DNA of 64,000 bases. Origin: a virus (taxonomy: Duplodnaviria; Heunggongvirae; Uroviricota; Caudoviricetes). Both the position numbers and the translations under genes were made by a program. Numbering within the stretch: position 1 is the stretch's first letter; every line of letters starts with the position of its first letter. Of this stretch, positions 10,055 to 20,941 are shown in pieces. Below the pieces are notes generated by a model. It was not told where the DNA came from and ran no database searches. It saw only the letters and a list, made by a program, of their open reading frames with translations. The DNA lies in IMG/VR virus record IMGVR_UViG_2875703104_000004, one strand, 5' to 3'.

Positions 10055-10380
10055 AAACCTTCCGCTGGAAAGTGAAACCCGGGATGGATGTGACATCGGC
10101 TCCTTCCGTCAGGGAGGTGCGCTTTGGTGATGGCTATTCCCAGCGTGCGCCTGCCGGGCTGAACGCTGACCTGAAAACGTACAGCGTGACGCTGTCTGTC
10201 TCCCGTGAGGAGGCCACGGCGCTGGAGTCGTTTCTGGCTGAGCACGGGGGCTGGAAGGCCTTTCTGTGGACGCCGCCTTATGGTTACAGGCAGATAAAGG
10301 TGACCTGCGCAAAATGGTCGTCGCGGGTCAGTATGCTGCGTGTTGAGTTCAGCGCAGAGTTTGAACAGGTGGTGAACTGA
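10051..10380 (+). CDS. M: minor tail protein M
   Basis: 109-aa ORF starting MKTFRWKVKP; overlaps the H stop. Confidence 0.85.
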   Translation: MKTFRWKVKPGMDVTSAPSVREVRFGDGYSQRAPAGLNADLKTYSVTLSVSREEATALESFLAEHGGWKAFLWTPPYGYRQIKVTCAKWSSRVSMLRVEFSAEFEQVVN

Positions 10381-11078
10381 TGCAGGATATCCGGCAGGAA
10401 ACATTGAATGAATGCACCCGTGCGGAGCAGTCGGCCAGCGTGGTGCTCTGGGAAATCGATCTGACAGAGGTCGGTGGAGAACGTTATTTTTTCTGTAATG
10501 AGCAGAACGAAAAAGGTGAGCCGGTCACCTGGCAGGGGCGACAGTATCAGCCGTATCCCATTCAGGGGAGTAGTTTTGAACTGAATGGCAAAGGCACCAG
10601 TACGCGCCCCACGCTGACGGTTTCTAACCTGTACGGTATGGTCACCGGGATGGTGGAAGATCTGCAGAGTCTGGTCGGCGGAACGGTGGTCAGGCGTAAG
10701 GTTTACGCCCGTTTTCTGGATGCGGTGAACTTCGTCAACGGAAACAGCGACGCCGATCCGGAGCAGGAGGTGATCAGCCGCTGGCGCATCGAGCAGTGCA
10801 GCGAACTGAGTGCGGTCAGTGCCTCCTTTGTACTGTCCACACCGACGGAAACGGATGGTGCCGTTTTTCCGGGGCGCATCATGCTGGCTAATACCTGCAC
10901 CTGGACCTATCGCGGTGATGAGTGCGGTTATCACGGTCCGGCGGTCGCGGATGAATATGATCAGCCGACTTCCGATATCACGAAGGATAAATGCAGCAAA
11001 TGCCTGAGCGGCTGTAAGTTTCGCAATAACGTCGGCAACTTTGGCGGCTTCCTTTCCATTAACAAACTTTCGCAGTAA
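10380..11078 (+). CDS. L: minor tail protein L
   Basis: 232-aa ORF with Cys-rich C-terminus CSKCLSGC and GNFGGFLSINKLSQ. Confidence 0.85.
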   Translation: MQDIRQETLNECTRAEQSASVVLWEIDLTEVGGERYFFCNEQNEKGEPVTWQGRQYQPYPIQGSSFELNGKGTSTRPTLTVSNLYGMVTGMVEDLQSLVGGTVVRRKVYARFLDAVNFVNGNSDADPEQEVISRWRIEQCSELSAVSASFVLSTPTETDGAVFPGRIMLANTCTWTYRGDECGYHGPAVADEYDQPTSDITKDKCSKCLSGCKFRNNVGNFGGFLSINKLSQ

Positions 11079-11083
11079 ATCCC

Positions 11084-11827
11084 ATGACAGAGACAGAATC
11101 AGCGATTCTGGCGCATGCCCGGCGATGTGCGCCAGCGGAGTCGTGCGGCTTCGTGGTGAGAGCGCCGGAGGGGGAAAGATATTTTCCCTGCGTGAATATC
11201 TCCGGTGAGCCGGAGGCGTATTTCCGGATGGCTCCGGAGGACTGGCTGCAGGCAGAGATGCAGGGTGAGATTGTGGCGCTGGTCCACAGTCATCCCGGTG
11301 GTCTGCCCTGGCTGAGTGAGGCCGACCGGCGGCTGCAGGTGCAGAGTGATTTGCCGTGGTGGCTGGTCTGCCGGGGGGCGATTCATAAGTTCCGCTGTGT
11401 GCCGCATCTCACCGGGCGGCGCTTTGAGCACGGGGTGACGGACTGTTACACGCTGTTCCGGGACGCTTACCATCTGGCGGGGATTGAGATGCCGGACTTT
11501 CATCGTGAGGATGACTGGTGGCGTAACGGCCAGAATCTCTATCTTGATAATCTGGAGGCCACAGGGCTGTATCAGGTGCCGTTGTCAGCGGCGCAGCCGG
11601 GCGATGTGCTGCTGTGCTGCTTTGGTTCATCGGTGCCGAATCATGCCGCTATTTACTGTGGTGACGGCGAGCTGCTGCACCATATTCCTGAACAACTGAG
11701 TAAACGAGAGAGGTATACCGACAAATGGCAGCGACGCACACACTCCCTCTGGCGTCACCGGGCATGGCGCGCATCTGCCTTTACGGGGATTTACAACGAT
11801 TTGGCCGCCGCATCGACCTTCGTGTGA
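11084..11827 (+). CDS. K: tail assembly protein K (JAB/MPN plus NlpC/P60-like domains)
   Basis: 247-aa ORF with HSHPGG motif (JAB metalloprotease-like) and Cys/His residues. Confidence 0.85.
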   Translation: MTETESAILAHARRCAPAESCGFVVRAPEGERYFPCVNISGEPEAYFRMAPEDWLQAEMQGEIVALVHSHPGGLPWLSEADRRLQVQSDLPWWLVCRGAIHKFRCVPHLTGRRFEHGVTDCYTLFRDAYHLAGIEMPDFHREDDWWRNGQNLYLDNLEATGLYQVPLSAAQPGDVLLCCFGSSVPNHAAIYCGDGELLHHIPEQLSKRERYTDKWQRRTHSLWRHRAWRASAFTGIYNDLAAASTFV

Positions 11828-12396
11828 AAACGGGGGCTGAAGCCATCCGCGCACTGGCCACACAGCTCCCGGTGTTTCGTCAGAAACTGAGCGACGGCTG
11901 GTATCAGGTACGGATTGCCGGGCGGGACGTCAGCACGTCCGGGTTAACGGCGCAGTTACATGAGACTCTGCCTGATGGCGCTGTGATTCATATTGTTCCC
12001 AGAGTCGCCGGGGCCAAGTCAGGTGGCGTATTCCAGATTGTCCTGGGGGCTGCCGCCATTGCCGGATCATTCTTTACCGCCGGAGCCACCCTTGCAGCAT
12101 GGGGGGCAGCCATTGGGGCCGGTGGTATGACCGGCATCCTGTTTTCTCTCGGTGCCAGTATGGTGCTCGGTGGTGTGGCGCAGATGCTGGCACCGAAAGC
12201 CAGAACTCCCCGTACACAGACAACGGATAACGGCAAACAGAACACCTATTTCTCCTCACTGGATAACATGGTTGCCCAGGGCAATGTTCTGCCGGTTCTG
12301 TACGGTGAAATGCGCGTGGGGTCACGCGTGGTTTCTCAGGAGATCAGCACGGCAGACGAAGGGGATGGTGGTCAGGTTGTGGTGATTGGTCGCTGA
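11725..12396 (+). CDS. I: tail assembly protein I
   Basis: ORF overlapping the 3' end of K; hydrophobic Gly/Ala-rich central segment and C-terminal ..GEMRVGSRVVSQEIS..; the start may instead be the internal ATG near 11764. Confidence 0.75.
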   Translation: MAATHTLPLASPGMARICLYGDLQRFGRRIDLRVKTGAEAIRALATQLPVFRQKLSDGWYQVRIAGRDVSTSGLTAQLHETLPDGAVIHIVPRVAGAKSGGVFQIVLGAAAIAGSFFTAGATLAAWGAAIGAGGMTGILFSLGASMVLGGVAQMLAPKARTPRTQTTDNGKQNTYFSSLDNMVAQGNVLPVLYGEMRVGSRVVSQEISTADEGDGGQVVVIGR

Positions 12397-12456
12397 TGCA
12401 AAATGTTTTATGTGAAACCGCCTCCGGGCGGTTTTATCGTTTATGGAGCATGAGGA

Positions 12457-15400
12457 ATGGGTAAAGGCAGCAGTAAGGGGCATACCCCGCGCGAAGCGAA
12501 GGACAACCTGAAATCATCCCAGATGCTGAGCGTGATAGACGCCATCAGCGAAGGGCCGGTTGAAGGTCCGGTGGATGGATTAAAAAGCGTGCTGCTGAAC
12601 AGTACGCCGGTGCTGGACAGTGAGGGGAATACCAATATATTCGGCGTCACGGTGGTGTTCCGGGCCGGTGAGCAGGAGCAGACACCGCCGGAGGGATTTG
12701 AATCCTCCGGCTCCGAGACGGTGCTCGGTACAGAAGTGAAATATGACACGCCGATCACCCGGACCATCACGTCGGCAAACATTGACCGTCTGCGTTTTAC
12801 TTTCGGCGTGCAGGCACTGGTGGAAACCACCTCAAAGGGGGACAGGAATCCATCGGAAGTCCGCCTGCTGGTTCAGATTCAACGTAACGGTGGCTGGGTG
12901 ACGGAAAAAGACATCACCATTAAGGGCAAAACCACGTCGCAGTATCTGGCCTCGGTGGTGGTGGATAACCTGCCGCCGCGCCCGTTTAATATCCGGATGC
13001 GCAGGATGACGCCGGACAGCACCACAGACCAGTTGCAGAACAAAACGCTCTGGTCGTCATACACCGAAATCATCGATGTGAAACAGTGCTACCCGAACAC
13101 GGCACTGGTCGGCGTACAGGTGGACTCGGAGCAGTTCGGCAGCCAGCAGGTGAGCCGTAATTATCATCTTCGCGGGCGCATTCTGCAGGTGCCGTCGAAC
13201 TATAACCCGCAGACGCGGCAATACAGCGGTATCTGGGACGGAACGTTTAAGCCAGCATACAGCAACAACATGGCCTGGTGTCTGTGGGATATGCTGACCC
13301 ATCCGCGCTACGGCATGGGGAAACGTCTTGGTGCGGCAGATGTGGATAAATGGGCGCTGTATGTCATCGGCCAGAATTGCGACCAGTCAGTGCCGGACGG
13401 CTTTGGCGGCACGGAGCCGCGCATCACCTGTAATGCGTACCTGACCACACAGCGCAAGGCGTGGGATGTGCTCAGTGATTTTTGCTCGGCGATGCGCTGT
13501 ATGCCGGTATGGAACGGGCAGACGCTGACATTCGTGCAGGACCGACCGTCGGATAAGGTGTGGACCTATAACCGCAGTAATGTGGTGATGCCGGATGATG
13601 GCGCGCCGTTCCGCTACAGCTTCAGCGCCCTGAAAGACCGCCATAATGCCGTTGAGGTGAACTGGATTGACCCGGATAACGGCTGGGAGACGGCGACAGA
13701 GCTTGTGGAGGACACGCAGGCCATTGCCCGTTACGGTCGTAACGTCACGAAGATGGATGCCTTTGGCTGTACCAGCCGGGGGCAGGCACACCGCGCCGGG
13801 CTGTGGCTGATTAAAACGGAGCTGCTGGAAACGCAGACCGTGGACTTCAGCGTGGGTGCAGAAGGGCTTCGCCATGTACCGGGCGATGTCATTGAAATCT
13901 GTGATGATGACTATGCGGGGATCAGCATCGGCGGGCGCGTGCTGGCGGTGAACAACCAGACGCGGACACTGACGCTCGACCGTGAAATCACGCTGCCATC
14001 CTCCGGCACCACGCTGATAAGCCTGGCTGACGGACAGGGGAATCCGGTCAGCGTGGAGGTCCAGTCCGTCACCGACGGCGTGAAGGTAAAAGTGAGCCGT
14101 GTTCCTGACGGCGTTGCAGAATACAGCGTGTGGGGGCTGAAGTTGCCAACGTTGCGCCAGCGCCTGTTCCGCTGTGTGAGTATCCGTGAGAACGATGACG
14201 GCACGTATGCCATCACTGCCGTGCAGCATGTACCGGAAAAAGAGGCCATCGTGGATAACGGGGCGCACTTTGACGGCGACCAGAGCGGCACGGTGAATGG
14301 TGTCACGCCGCCAGCGGTGCAGCACCAGCGGGGAATATCAGGTGCTGGCGCGCTGGGACACGCCGAAGGTGGTGAAGGGGGTGAGCTTTATGCTTCGCCT
14401 GACCGTGGCAGCGGATGACGGCAGTGAGCGGCTGGTCAGCACGGCCCGGACGACGGAAACCACATACCGCTTCAGGCAACTGGCGCTGGGGAACTACAGG
14501 CTGACAGTCCGGGCGGTAAATGCGTGGGGGCAGCAGGGCGATCCGGCATCGGTATCGTTCCGGATTGCCGCACCGGCAGCGCCGTCGCAGATTGAGCTGA
14601 CACCGGGGTATTTTCAGATAACCGCCACGCCGCATCTTGCGGTTTATGATCCGACGGTACAGTTTGAGTTCTGGTTCTCGGAAAAGCGGATTGCGGATAT
14701 CAGGCAGGTTGAAACCACAGCACGCTATCTTGGCACGGCGCTGTACTGGATAGCCGCCAGTATCAATATCAAACCGGGCCATGATTATTATTTTTACATC
14801 CGCAGTGTGAACACCGTTGGCAAATCGGCATTTGTGGAGGCTGTTGGCCAGCCGAGTGATGATGCATCCGGCTATCTGAATTTTTTCAAAGGAGAGATAG
14901 GGAAAACCCATCTGGCTCAGGAGTTGTGGACGCAGATTGATAACGGTCAGCTTGCGCCTGACCTGGCTGAAATCAGGACGTCCATTACGGGTGTCAGCAA
15001 TGAAATCACGCAGACCGTCAATAAGAAACTGGAAGACCAGAGTGCAGCGATCCAGCAGATACAGAAGGTTCAGGTTGATACAAATAATAACCTGAACAGC
15101 ATGTGGGCTGTGAAGCTGCAGCAGATGCAGGACGGACGCCTTTATATCGCGGGTATTGGTGCCGGTGTTGAGAATACTCCTGACGGTATGCAGAGTCAGG
15201 TGCTGCTGGCGGCGGACAGGATTGCGATGATTAATCCTGCGAATGGCAACACAAAGCCGATGTTTGTTGGGCAGGGCGATCAGATATTCATGAACGAAGT
15301 GTTCCTGAAATATCTGACGGCTCCCACCATTACCAGCGGTGGCAATCCCCCAACGTTTTCACTGACACCTGATGGTCGACTTTCTGCGAAAAATGCGGAT

Positions 15401-15916
15401 ATCAGCGGTAACGTGAACGCGAACTCCGGGACGCTCAACAACGTCACGATTAATCAGAACTGTCGGATTCTGGGAAAACTGTCAGCTAACCAGATTGAAG
15501 GTGATATTGTCAAAACGGTGGGAAAAGCCTTTCCGAGAAATGGCAGTTATGCCAGCGGTACAATAACGGTCACTGTGTACGATGACCAGGCTTTTGACCG
15601 TCAGATAGTAGTCCCCCCCGTTCTGTTTCGTGGGGGTAAGCATGAAAACTTCAACAGCAACAACCAACAGTCATACTGGTATTCAACCTGTAAGCTGCAG
15701 GTACTGAAGAACGGACAGGAAATCTTTCAGCAACCCGCGACGGATGTCAGCAGGGTATTTTCATCAGTCATTGATATGCCTGCCGGACACGGCCATGTCA
15801 CCCTGACTTTCAATGTTTCTTCATATGGTGCTAATAACTGGACGCCAACGACCAGTATCAGCGACCTTCTTGTTGTTGTGATGAAGAAATCTACAGCCGG
15901 TATCAGTATCAGTTGA
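12457..15916 (+). pseudogene. J: tail tip / host specificity protein J, frame broken at about 14326-14333
   Basis: ORFs 12457..14418 and 14297..15916 both fit J; this copy has 7 nt where the intact third-module J has 30 nt. Confidence 0.8.
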
Positions 15917-15934
15917 ATTTTATAACCCAGATAC

Positions 15935-15960
15935 GGGCGCCAGAAATGGCGCCTTTTTTA
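15935..15960 (+). terminator. rho-independent terminator downstream of J
   Basis: gggcgcc-agaaat-ggcgcc hairpin followed by TTTTTT; identical element at 57963-57988. Confidence 0.6.
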
Positions 15961-15974
15961 TTTGTGGAGTGAAT

Positions 15975-16799
15975 ATGGCAGTACAGATTTCAGGCGTGCT
16001 GAAAGACGGTGCAGGAAAACCGATACAGAACTGCACCATTCAGCTCAAAGCAAAACGTAACAGCACCACGGTTGTGGTGAACACGGTGGCCTCAGAAAAT
16101 CCGGATGAAGCCGGACGTTACAGCATGGATGTCGAGTATGGCCAGTACAGCGTTATCCTGCTGGTTGAAGGTTTTCCGCCTTCACATGCCGGGGCCATCA
16201 CCGTGTATGAGGATTCTAAGCCGGGGACATTGAATGATTTTCTGGGCGCTGCAACAGAAGATGATGTTCGTCCGGAGGCACTGTATCGTTTTGAAAAGAT
16301 GGTGGAAGAGGTGGCACGCAACGCTGAAGCCGCCTCTCAGAGCGCAGCGGCAGCAAAGAAATCAGAAACAGCAGCGGCATCGTCCAGGAATGCGGCGAAA
16401 ACATCAGAGACGAATGCAGGTAACAGCGCGAAAGCGGCAGCTTCTTCAAAAACAGCCGCACAAAACGCAGCAACAGCGGCAGAACGTTCAGAGACAAATG
16501 CCCGTGCGTCAGAAGAAGCCTCCGCAGACAGTGAAGAGGCTTCCCGCCGTAATGCAGAGTCAGCCGCTGAAAATGCCGGAGTCGCCACCACAAAAGCGCG
16601 GGAGGCCGCAGCAGACGCAACAAAGGCCGGGCAGAAAAAGGATGAGGCTCTGTCGGCAGCGATAATTAAAAACGATGCACACCGGGTTTTTACCGCGTTA
16701 ATGATTCGCGGGTTTATCCCGGTGCGATGGTGGAAGAAACAGGAAGCTGTATTACAGAAAGTGCTACTACTGTATCCCGATGCGATGTATGTAATGTGA
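15975..16799 (+). pseudogene. stf: side tail fibre protein, N-terminal fragment only
   Basis: Starts MAVQISGVLKDGAGKPIQNCTIQLKAKRNSTTVVVNTVASENPDEAGRYSMDVEYGQYSV with Ala/Ser-rich repeats; ORF ends after ~275 codons in unrelated sequence. Confidence 0.7.
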
Positions 16800-16881
16800 G
16801 TCAGATAATGGCACAGGATGTGGTGATGTGGCAGTCTGGAACACAGGATATATTGTCAGAATAAGACCCGTAGGAATAAAA

Positions 16882-17208
16882 ATGAAAAGACGCCTTTTAC
16901 TACTTTTTCTGTTATCTGTCCTGGCAGTGGGATGCTCGCAGCAAAAAGCTGATGAGCCCCGGCAATTAGTGACGGTGTATCCACGATATCCGGAATATGC
17001 TGCAGCAAATTATATCAAGGGGCTGGTTGAGGTTAAGTTCGATATTGGTGCTGATGGGACTGTGACACGGATCGTTTTTCTCCGCTCAGAGCCTCATAAT
17101 TTGTTTCGTGATGAAGTGGTGAAGGCCATGGCGAAATGGCGATTTGAAAAGAATCGCCCCTGTCAGGGAGTGAAGAGACAATTTATCTTTACGCCGTCAC
17201 GTCCTTGA
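16882..17208 (+). CDS. small lipoprotein with TonB C-terminal-like domain
   Basis: MKRRLLLLFLLSVLAVGCSQ is a signal peptide with lipobox; the rest (YP.YP..A....G.VEVKF.I.ADG.V..I....S.......EV..A...WRF) fits the TonB_C pattern. Confidence 0.6.
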   Translation: MKRRLLLLFLLSVLAVGCSQQKADEPRQLVTVYPRYPEYAAANYIKGLVEVKFDIGADGTVTRIVFLRSEPHNLFRDEVVKAMAKWRFEKNRPCQGVKRQFIFTPSRP

Positions 17209-17300
17209 TGCTTCCAGGTAGAGAGGGGCTGGANGCAGGAGAAAAATGAAAGAGCCAGCGGTTATATTTTTGTCATGGCTGACGAGGAATGATGGAAGAA

Positions 17301-17323
17301 GGCGTTGTATGCCACACAACGCC
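17301..17323. terminator. hairpin between convergent genes (possible bidirectional terminator)
   Basis: ggcgttgt-atgccac-acaacgcc, a perfect 8-bp stem flanked by T-rich sequence on both strands. Confidence 0.45.
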
Positions 17324-17330
17324 TCACTGT

Positions 17331-17823
17331 TCATTTCTTCTTTTTCTCTGGTGGAACCCGATGAATAAGAGTTGCACTGGTTTCCGATGAGATGGCGATA
17401 TACTCGGGCAAAGTATGCTGGCAGTTTTCCAACTGGTCAAAAATACCTGCTCTCGTCTGTTGCAATGCCTGCAGCATGCGGCGGCAATGCGCCTTGCTTT
17501 TACTAACCATCTTTCCTTCCTCTATCAGTCGCTGCGTGAACTCATCATGNAATACCAGGTAAATGCGGATGTTATCGGTTTTGGCTACGCAGCATAGTAC
17601 AAAACGGACAGGTGCATCCCGGGACGGGGGAGGCGTCACATGTCCCTGTGATGGTTGTTCCGGGTAATGNACTGTGTGGGGCATAAAAATGTCCGATAAT
17701 TTTACTTTCTACCGCAGTTAGTTGATTCGTTGGTCCTGGTAGCACATTGGGCGAGGATTTAAATGCCAGGCAACTGAAGGATGATGTNGCAAGGGAGATA
17801 GCGAGAATATTTCTGATTTTCAT
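17331..17823 (-). CDS. candidate secreted protein gene(s); frame uncertain because of ambiguous bases
   Basis: Minus-strand ORF from ATG 17823 begins MKIRNILAISL.TSSFSCLA (signal-peptide-like) with several Cys; an overlapping ORF 17331..17684 continues in another frame; n bases at 17550, 17670 and 17788. Confidence 0.3.
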
Positions 17824-17838
17824 TTGATGATGCCTCTG

Positions 17839-18138
17839 TGTGAAATGACGGTAAACGACGCACTTGTGCCGGCACATAATAGCAAGCACCATAATAGATC
17901 AGATTCGATTCTTGCTGTAAGTGATAATTATTCTCGTTTTCGGGTCCTTTCCGTCGATCCAACAGGTTACGGGGCGGCGACCTCGCGGTGTGAAATGACG
18001 GTAAACGACGCACTTGTGCCGGCACATAATAGCAAGCACCATAATAGATCAGATTCGATTCTTGCTGTAAGTGATAATTATTCTCGTTTTCGGGTCCTTT
18101 CCGTCGATCCAACAGGTTACGGGGCGGCGACCTCGCGG
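17839..18138. repeat. tandem duplication (2 x 150 bp) of the phage right-end / cosQ-cosN segment
   Basis: tgtgaaatgacggtaaacgacgcac...ggttacggggcggcgacctcgcgg occurs at 17839-17988 and 17989-18138; each copy ends in a cosN-like GGGCGGCGACCT. Confidence 0.85.
18122..18133 (+). other. cosN-like cohesive-end sequence GGGCGGCGACCT (second copy at 17972-17983)
   Basis: Followed by CGCGGGTTTTCGCTATTTATGAAAATTTT and the Nu1 gene, the arrangement remembered for the lambda left end. Confidence 0.75.
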
Positions 18139-18302
18139 GTTTTCGCTATTTATGAAAATTTTTAGGGAAAAATCAGATCCGTTTTTCTTCTTTTTAACTG
18201 ATTGATTATCAATAGAATTTTAAAAATATAAAAGGATCTAACAAAGGCTGTTTTTGTTAGAAAACGCCATTTTCAGATCCTTTCTGGTTCCCGGGGGAGT
18301 GT

Positions 18303-18851
18303 ATGAACGTCAATAAGAAAAAACTGGCCGATATTTTTGGCGTTGATGTCAGGACCATCACCGCCTGGCAGAGTCAGGGGTTACCACTAGTTTCTGGTGG
18401 AGGGAAAGGGACTGAATCAGTTTTTGATACAACTGCTGCCATTCAGTGGTATGCGCAGAGGGAAGCTGATATTAAAAACGAAAAACTCCGTAAAGAGATC
18501 GAGGATTTGAGGGCTGCCAGCGAATCAGACCTTCAGCCCGGCACCATTGATTACGAACGTTACCGACTGACGAAGGCACAGGCCGATGCACAGGAGCTGA
18601 AAAATGCTCGTGAGGAAGGCCTTGTCCTCGAGACGGAGTTATTTACCTACATCTTTCAGCGAGTGGCACAGAATATATCAGGGATCCTTGTCCGTGTCCC
18701 TCAGACACTGCAGCGTAAATACCCTGATATATCACCCGTACATCTTGATGCTGTGAAAACTGAAATCGCGAAAGCATCCGATGTGGCTTCTGAAGCCGGT
18801 GAGAATGTGCGCAGGTGGATTGATGATTTCAGACGAACTGAGGGCGGCTAA
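18303..18851 (+). CDS. Nu1: terminase small subunit (lambda Nu1-like)
   Basis: 182-aa ORF with N-terminal winged-[27 protein letters not shown] and conserved [25 protein letters not shown]. Confidence 0.9.
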   Translation: MNVNKKKLADIFGVDVRTITAWQSQGLPLVSGGGKGTESVFDTTAAIQWYAQREADIKNEKLRKEIEDLRAASESDLQPGTIDYERYRLTKAQADAQELKNAREEGLVLETELFTYIFQRVAQNISGILVRVPQTLQRKYPDISPVHLDAVKTEIAKASDVASEAGENVRRWIDDFRRTEGG

Positions 18852-20751
18852 TTCTGCAGGAGCGATAGCAACCGGCCTCCTTGCGCTAAAAATTCCTGTC
18901 CCTCTGACGACAGTTCAGTGGGCAGATCGACATTATTACCTTCCGAAAGAGTCATCTTACACCCCGGGGCGGTGGGAAACACTGCCGTTTCAGGTTGCCA
19001 TCATGAACAGCATGGGGAATGACCGGATCCGCACTGTTAATCTGATTAAATCTGCCCGTGTTGGTTATACAAAGATGTTGCTGGGAGTGGAGGCTTATTT
19101 TATTGAGCATAAATCACGCAACAGCCTTCTTTTCCAGCCCACGGATTCTGCTGCTGAAGATTTTATGAAATCTCATGTGGAACCCACGATCAGGGATGTG
19201 CCGGTTTTACTCGATCTTGCACCGTGGTTTGGGCGTAAACATCGTGATAATACCCTCACGCTGAAACGTTTTTCATCGGGCGTGGGCTTCTGGTGCCTGG
19301 GCGGGGCTGCCGCTAAAAACTACCGTGAAAAATCCGTGGACGTGGTCTGCTATGACGAACTTTCCTCGTTCGAACCGGATGTCGAAAAAGAGGGTTCGCC
19401 AACCCTGCTTGGGGATAAACGTATTGAGGGCTCGGTATGGCCAAAATCCATTCGCGGCTCGACGCCTAAAATAAAAGGCTCCTGCCAGATCGAAAAAGCG
19501 GCCAACGAGTCGGCGCATTTCATGCGTTTTTATGTGCCCTGCCCACACTGTGGGGAGGAGCAGTATCTGAAATTTGGCGATGAATCCACGCCTTTTGGCC
19601 TTAAATGGGAGAAAGACAGCCCCGAAAGCGTTTTCTACCTCTGTGAACATCATGGCTGCGTGATCCATCAGTCTGAGCTTGACCAGAGCAACGGGCGGTG
19701 GATCTGTGAAAACACGGGGATGTGGACCCGTGACGGTCTGACGTTTTTCAGCGCCGCGGATAATGAAATTCCGCCGCCGCGCTCCATCACGTTCCATATC
19801 TGGACGGCGTACAGTCCGTTCACCACCTGGGTACAGATAGTCTATGACTGGCTGGATGCACTGAAAGATCCCAACGGCCTGAAAACCTTTGTGAACACCA
19901 CGCTGGGCGAGACCTGGGAAGAGGCCGTGGGCGAAAAACTCGATCACCAGGTACTGATGGATAAGGTCGTGCATTACACGGCGGCGGTGCCAGCCCGGGT
20001 GGTTTATCTGACGGCGGGCATTGACTCGCAGCGAAACCGTTTTGAGATGTATGTCTGGGGATGGGCACCGGGAGAGGAAGCTTTTCTGGTGGATAAAATC
20101 ATCATTATGGGCCGTCCCGATGAGGAAGAGACGCTGTTACGTGTGGATGCGGCGATCAACAAAAAATACTGCCATGCAGACGGAACCGAAATGACCATTT
20201 CCCGTGTCTGCTGGGACACCGGGGGGATCGATGGTGAAATTGTCTATCAGAGGTCAAAAAAACACGGTGTTTTCCGGGTGCTGCCGGTAAAAGGTGCATC
20301 TGTTTATGGCAAGCCGGTGATCACCATGCCAAAAACCCGCAATCAGCGGGGCGTGTATCTGTGCGAAGTGGGGACGGACACCGCAAAAGAAATTCTCTAT
20401 GCCCGTATGAAAGCCGATCCCACGCCTGCGGATGAAGCCACGTCGTATGCCATCCGTTTTCCTGATGATCCGGAGATTTTTTCGCAGACAGAGGCGCAGC
20501 AACTGGTGGCGGAAGAGCTTGTGGAGAAGTGGGAAAAAGGAAAGATGCGTCTGCTGTGGGATAACAAAAAGCGGCGTAACGAAGCGCTGGACTGCCTGGT
20601 GTATGCCTATGCGGCATTACGTGTGTCCGTGCAACGCTGGCAGCTTGATCTGGCTGTACTGGCAAAATCCCGGGAAGAAGAGACGACCCGGCCAACCCTT
20701 AAAGAACTGGCAGCGAAGCTGTCCGGAGGAGTGAATGGTTACAGTCGCTGA
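18823..20751 (+). CDS. A: terminase large subunit (lambda gpA-like)
   Basis: ORF overlapping the Nu1 stop; motifs [37 protein letters not shown] and WDTGGID fit lambda A. Confidence 0.9.
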   Translation: MISDELRAANSAGAIATGLLALKIPVPLTTVQWADRHYYLPKESSYTPGRWETLPFQVAIMNSMGNDRIRTVNLIKSARVGYTKMLLGVEAYFIEHKSRNSLLFQPTDSAAEDFMKSHVEPTIRDVPVLLDLAPWFGRKHRDNTLTLKRFSSGVGFWCLGGAAAKNYREKSVDVVCYDELSSFEPDVEKEGSPTLLGDKRIEGSVWPKSIRGSTPKIKGSCQIEKAANESAHFMRFYVPCPHCGEEQYLKFGDESTPFGLKWEKDSPESVFYLCEHHGCVIHQSELDQSNGRWICENTGMWTRDGLTFFSAADNEIPPPRSITFHIWTAYSPFTTWVQIVYDWLDALKDPNGLKTFVNTTLGETWEEAVGEKLDHQVLMDKVVHYTAAVPARVVYLTAGIDSQRNRFEMYVWGWAPGEEAFLVDKIIIMGRPDEEETLLRVDAAINKKYCHADGTEMTISRVCWDTGGIDGEIVYQRSKKHGVFRVLPVKGASVYGKPVITMPKTRNQRGVYLCEVGTDTAKEILYARMKADPTPADEATSYAIRFPDDPEIFSQTEAQQLVAEELVEKWEKGKMRLLWDNKKRRNEALDCLVYAYAALRVSVQRWQLDLAVLAKSREEETTRPTLKELAAKLSGGVNGYSR

Positions 20752-20941
20752 ACTACAGGCGCTGCGTCAGGCGCGCCTTGATTTATTAACCGGTAAACGG
20801 GTGGTGTCTGTCCAGAAAGATGGTCGCAGAATTGAATATACGGCGGCCTCTCTGGATGAGCTTAACCGTGCGATCAATGATGCTGAGTTGGTACTGGGGA
20901 CAACCCGCCGTCGCCGTCGTCCGCTGGGAGTGAGGTTATGA
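20735..20941 (+). CDS. W: head-tail joining protein W
   Basis: 68-aa ORF with LTGKRVVSVQKDGRRIEYTAASL; overlaps the A stop and the B start. Confidence 0.8.
   Translation: MVTVAELQALRQARLDLLTGKRVVSVQKDGRRIEYTAASLDELNRAINDAELVLGTTRRRRRPLGVRL

Noticed and set aside
16234-16665. 143-aa Gln/Arg/Lys-rich ORF in an alternative frame of stf
   Set aside because: It is the out-of-frame reading of the Ala/Ser-rich tail-fibre repeats and ends where the stf similarity ends.
17839-18138. CRISPR array, considered for each of the direct repeats (116-bp, 150-bp and 584-bp units)
   Set aside because: Units are far longer than CRISPR repeats, there are no short unique spacers, and the repeats are coding or cos sequence; no cas-like genes are present.
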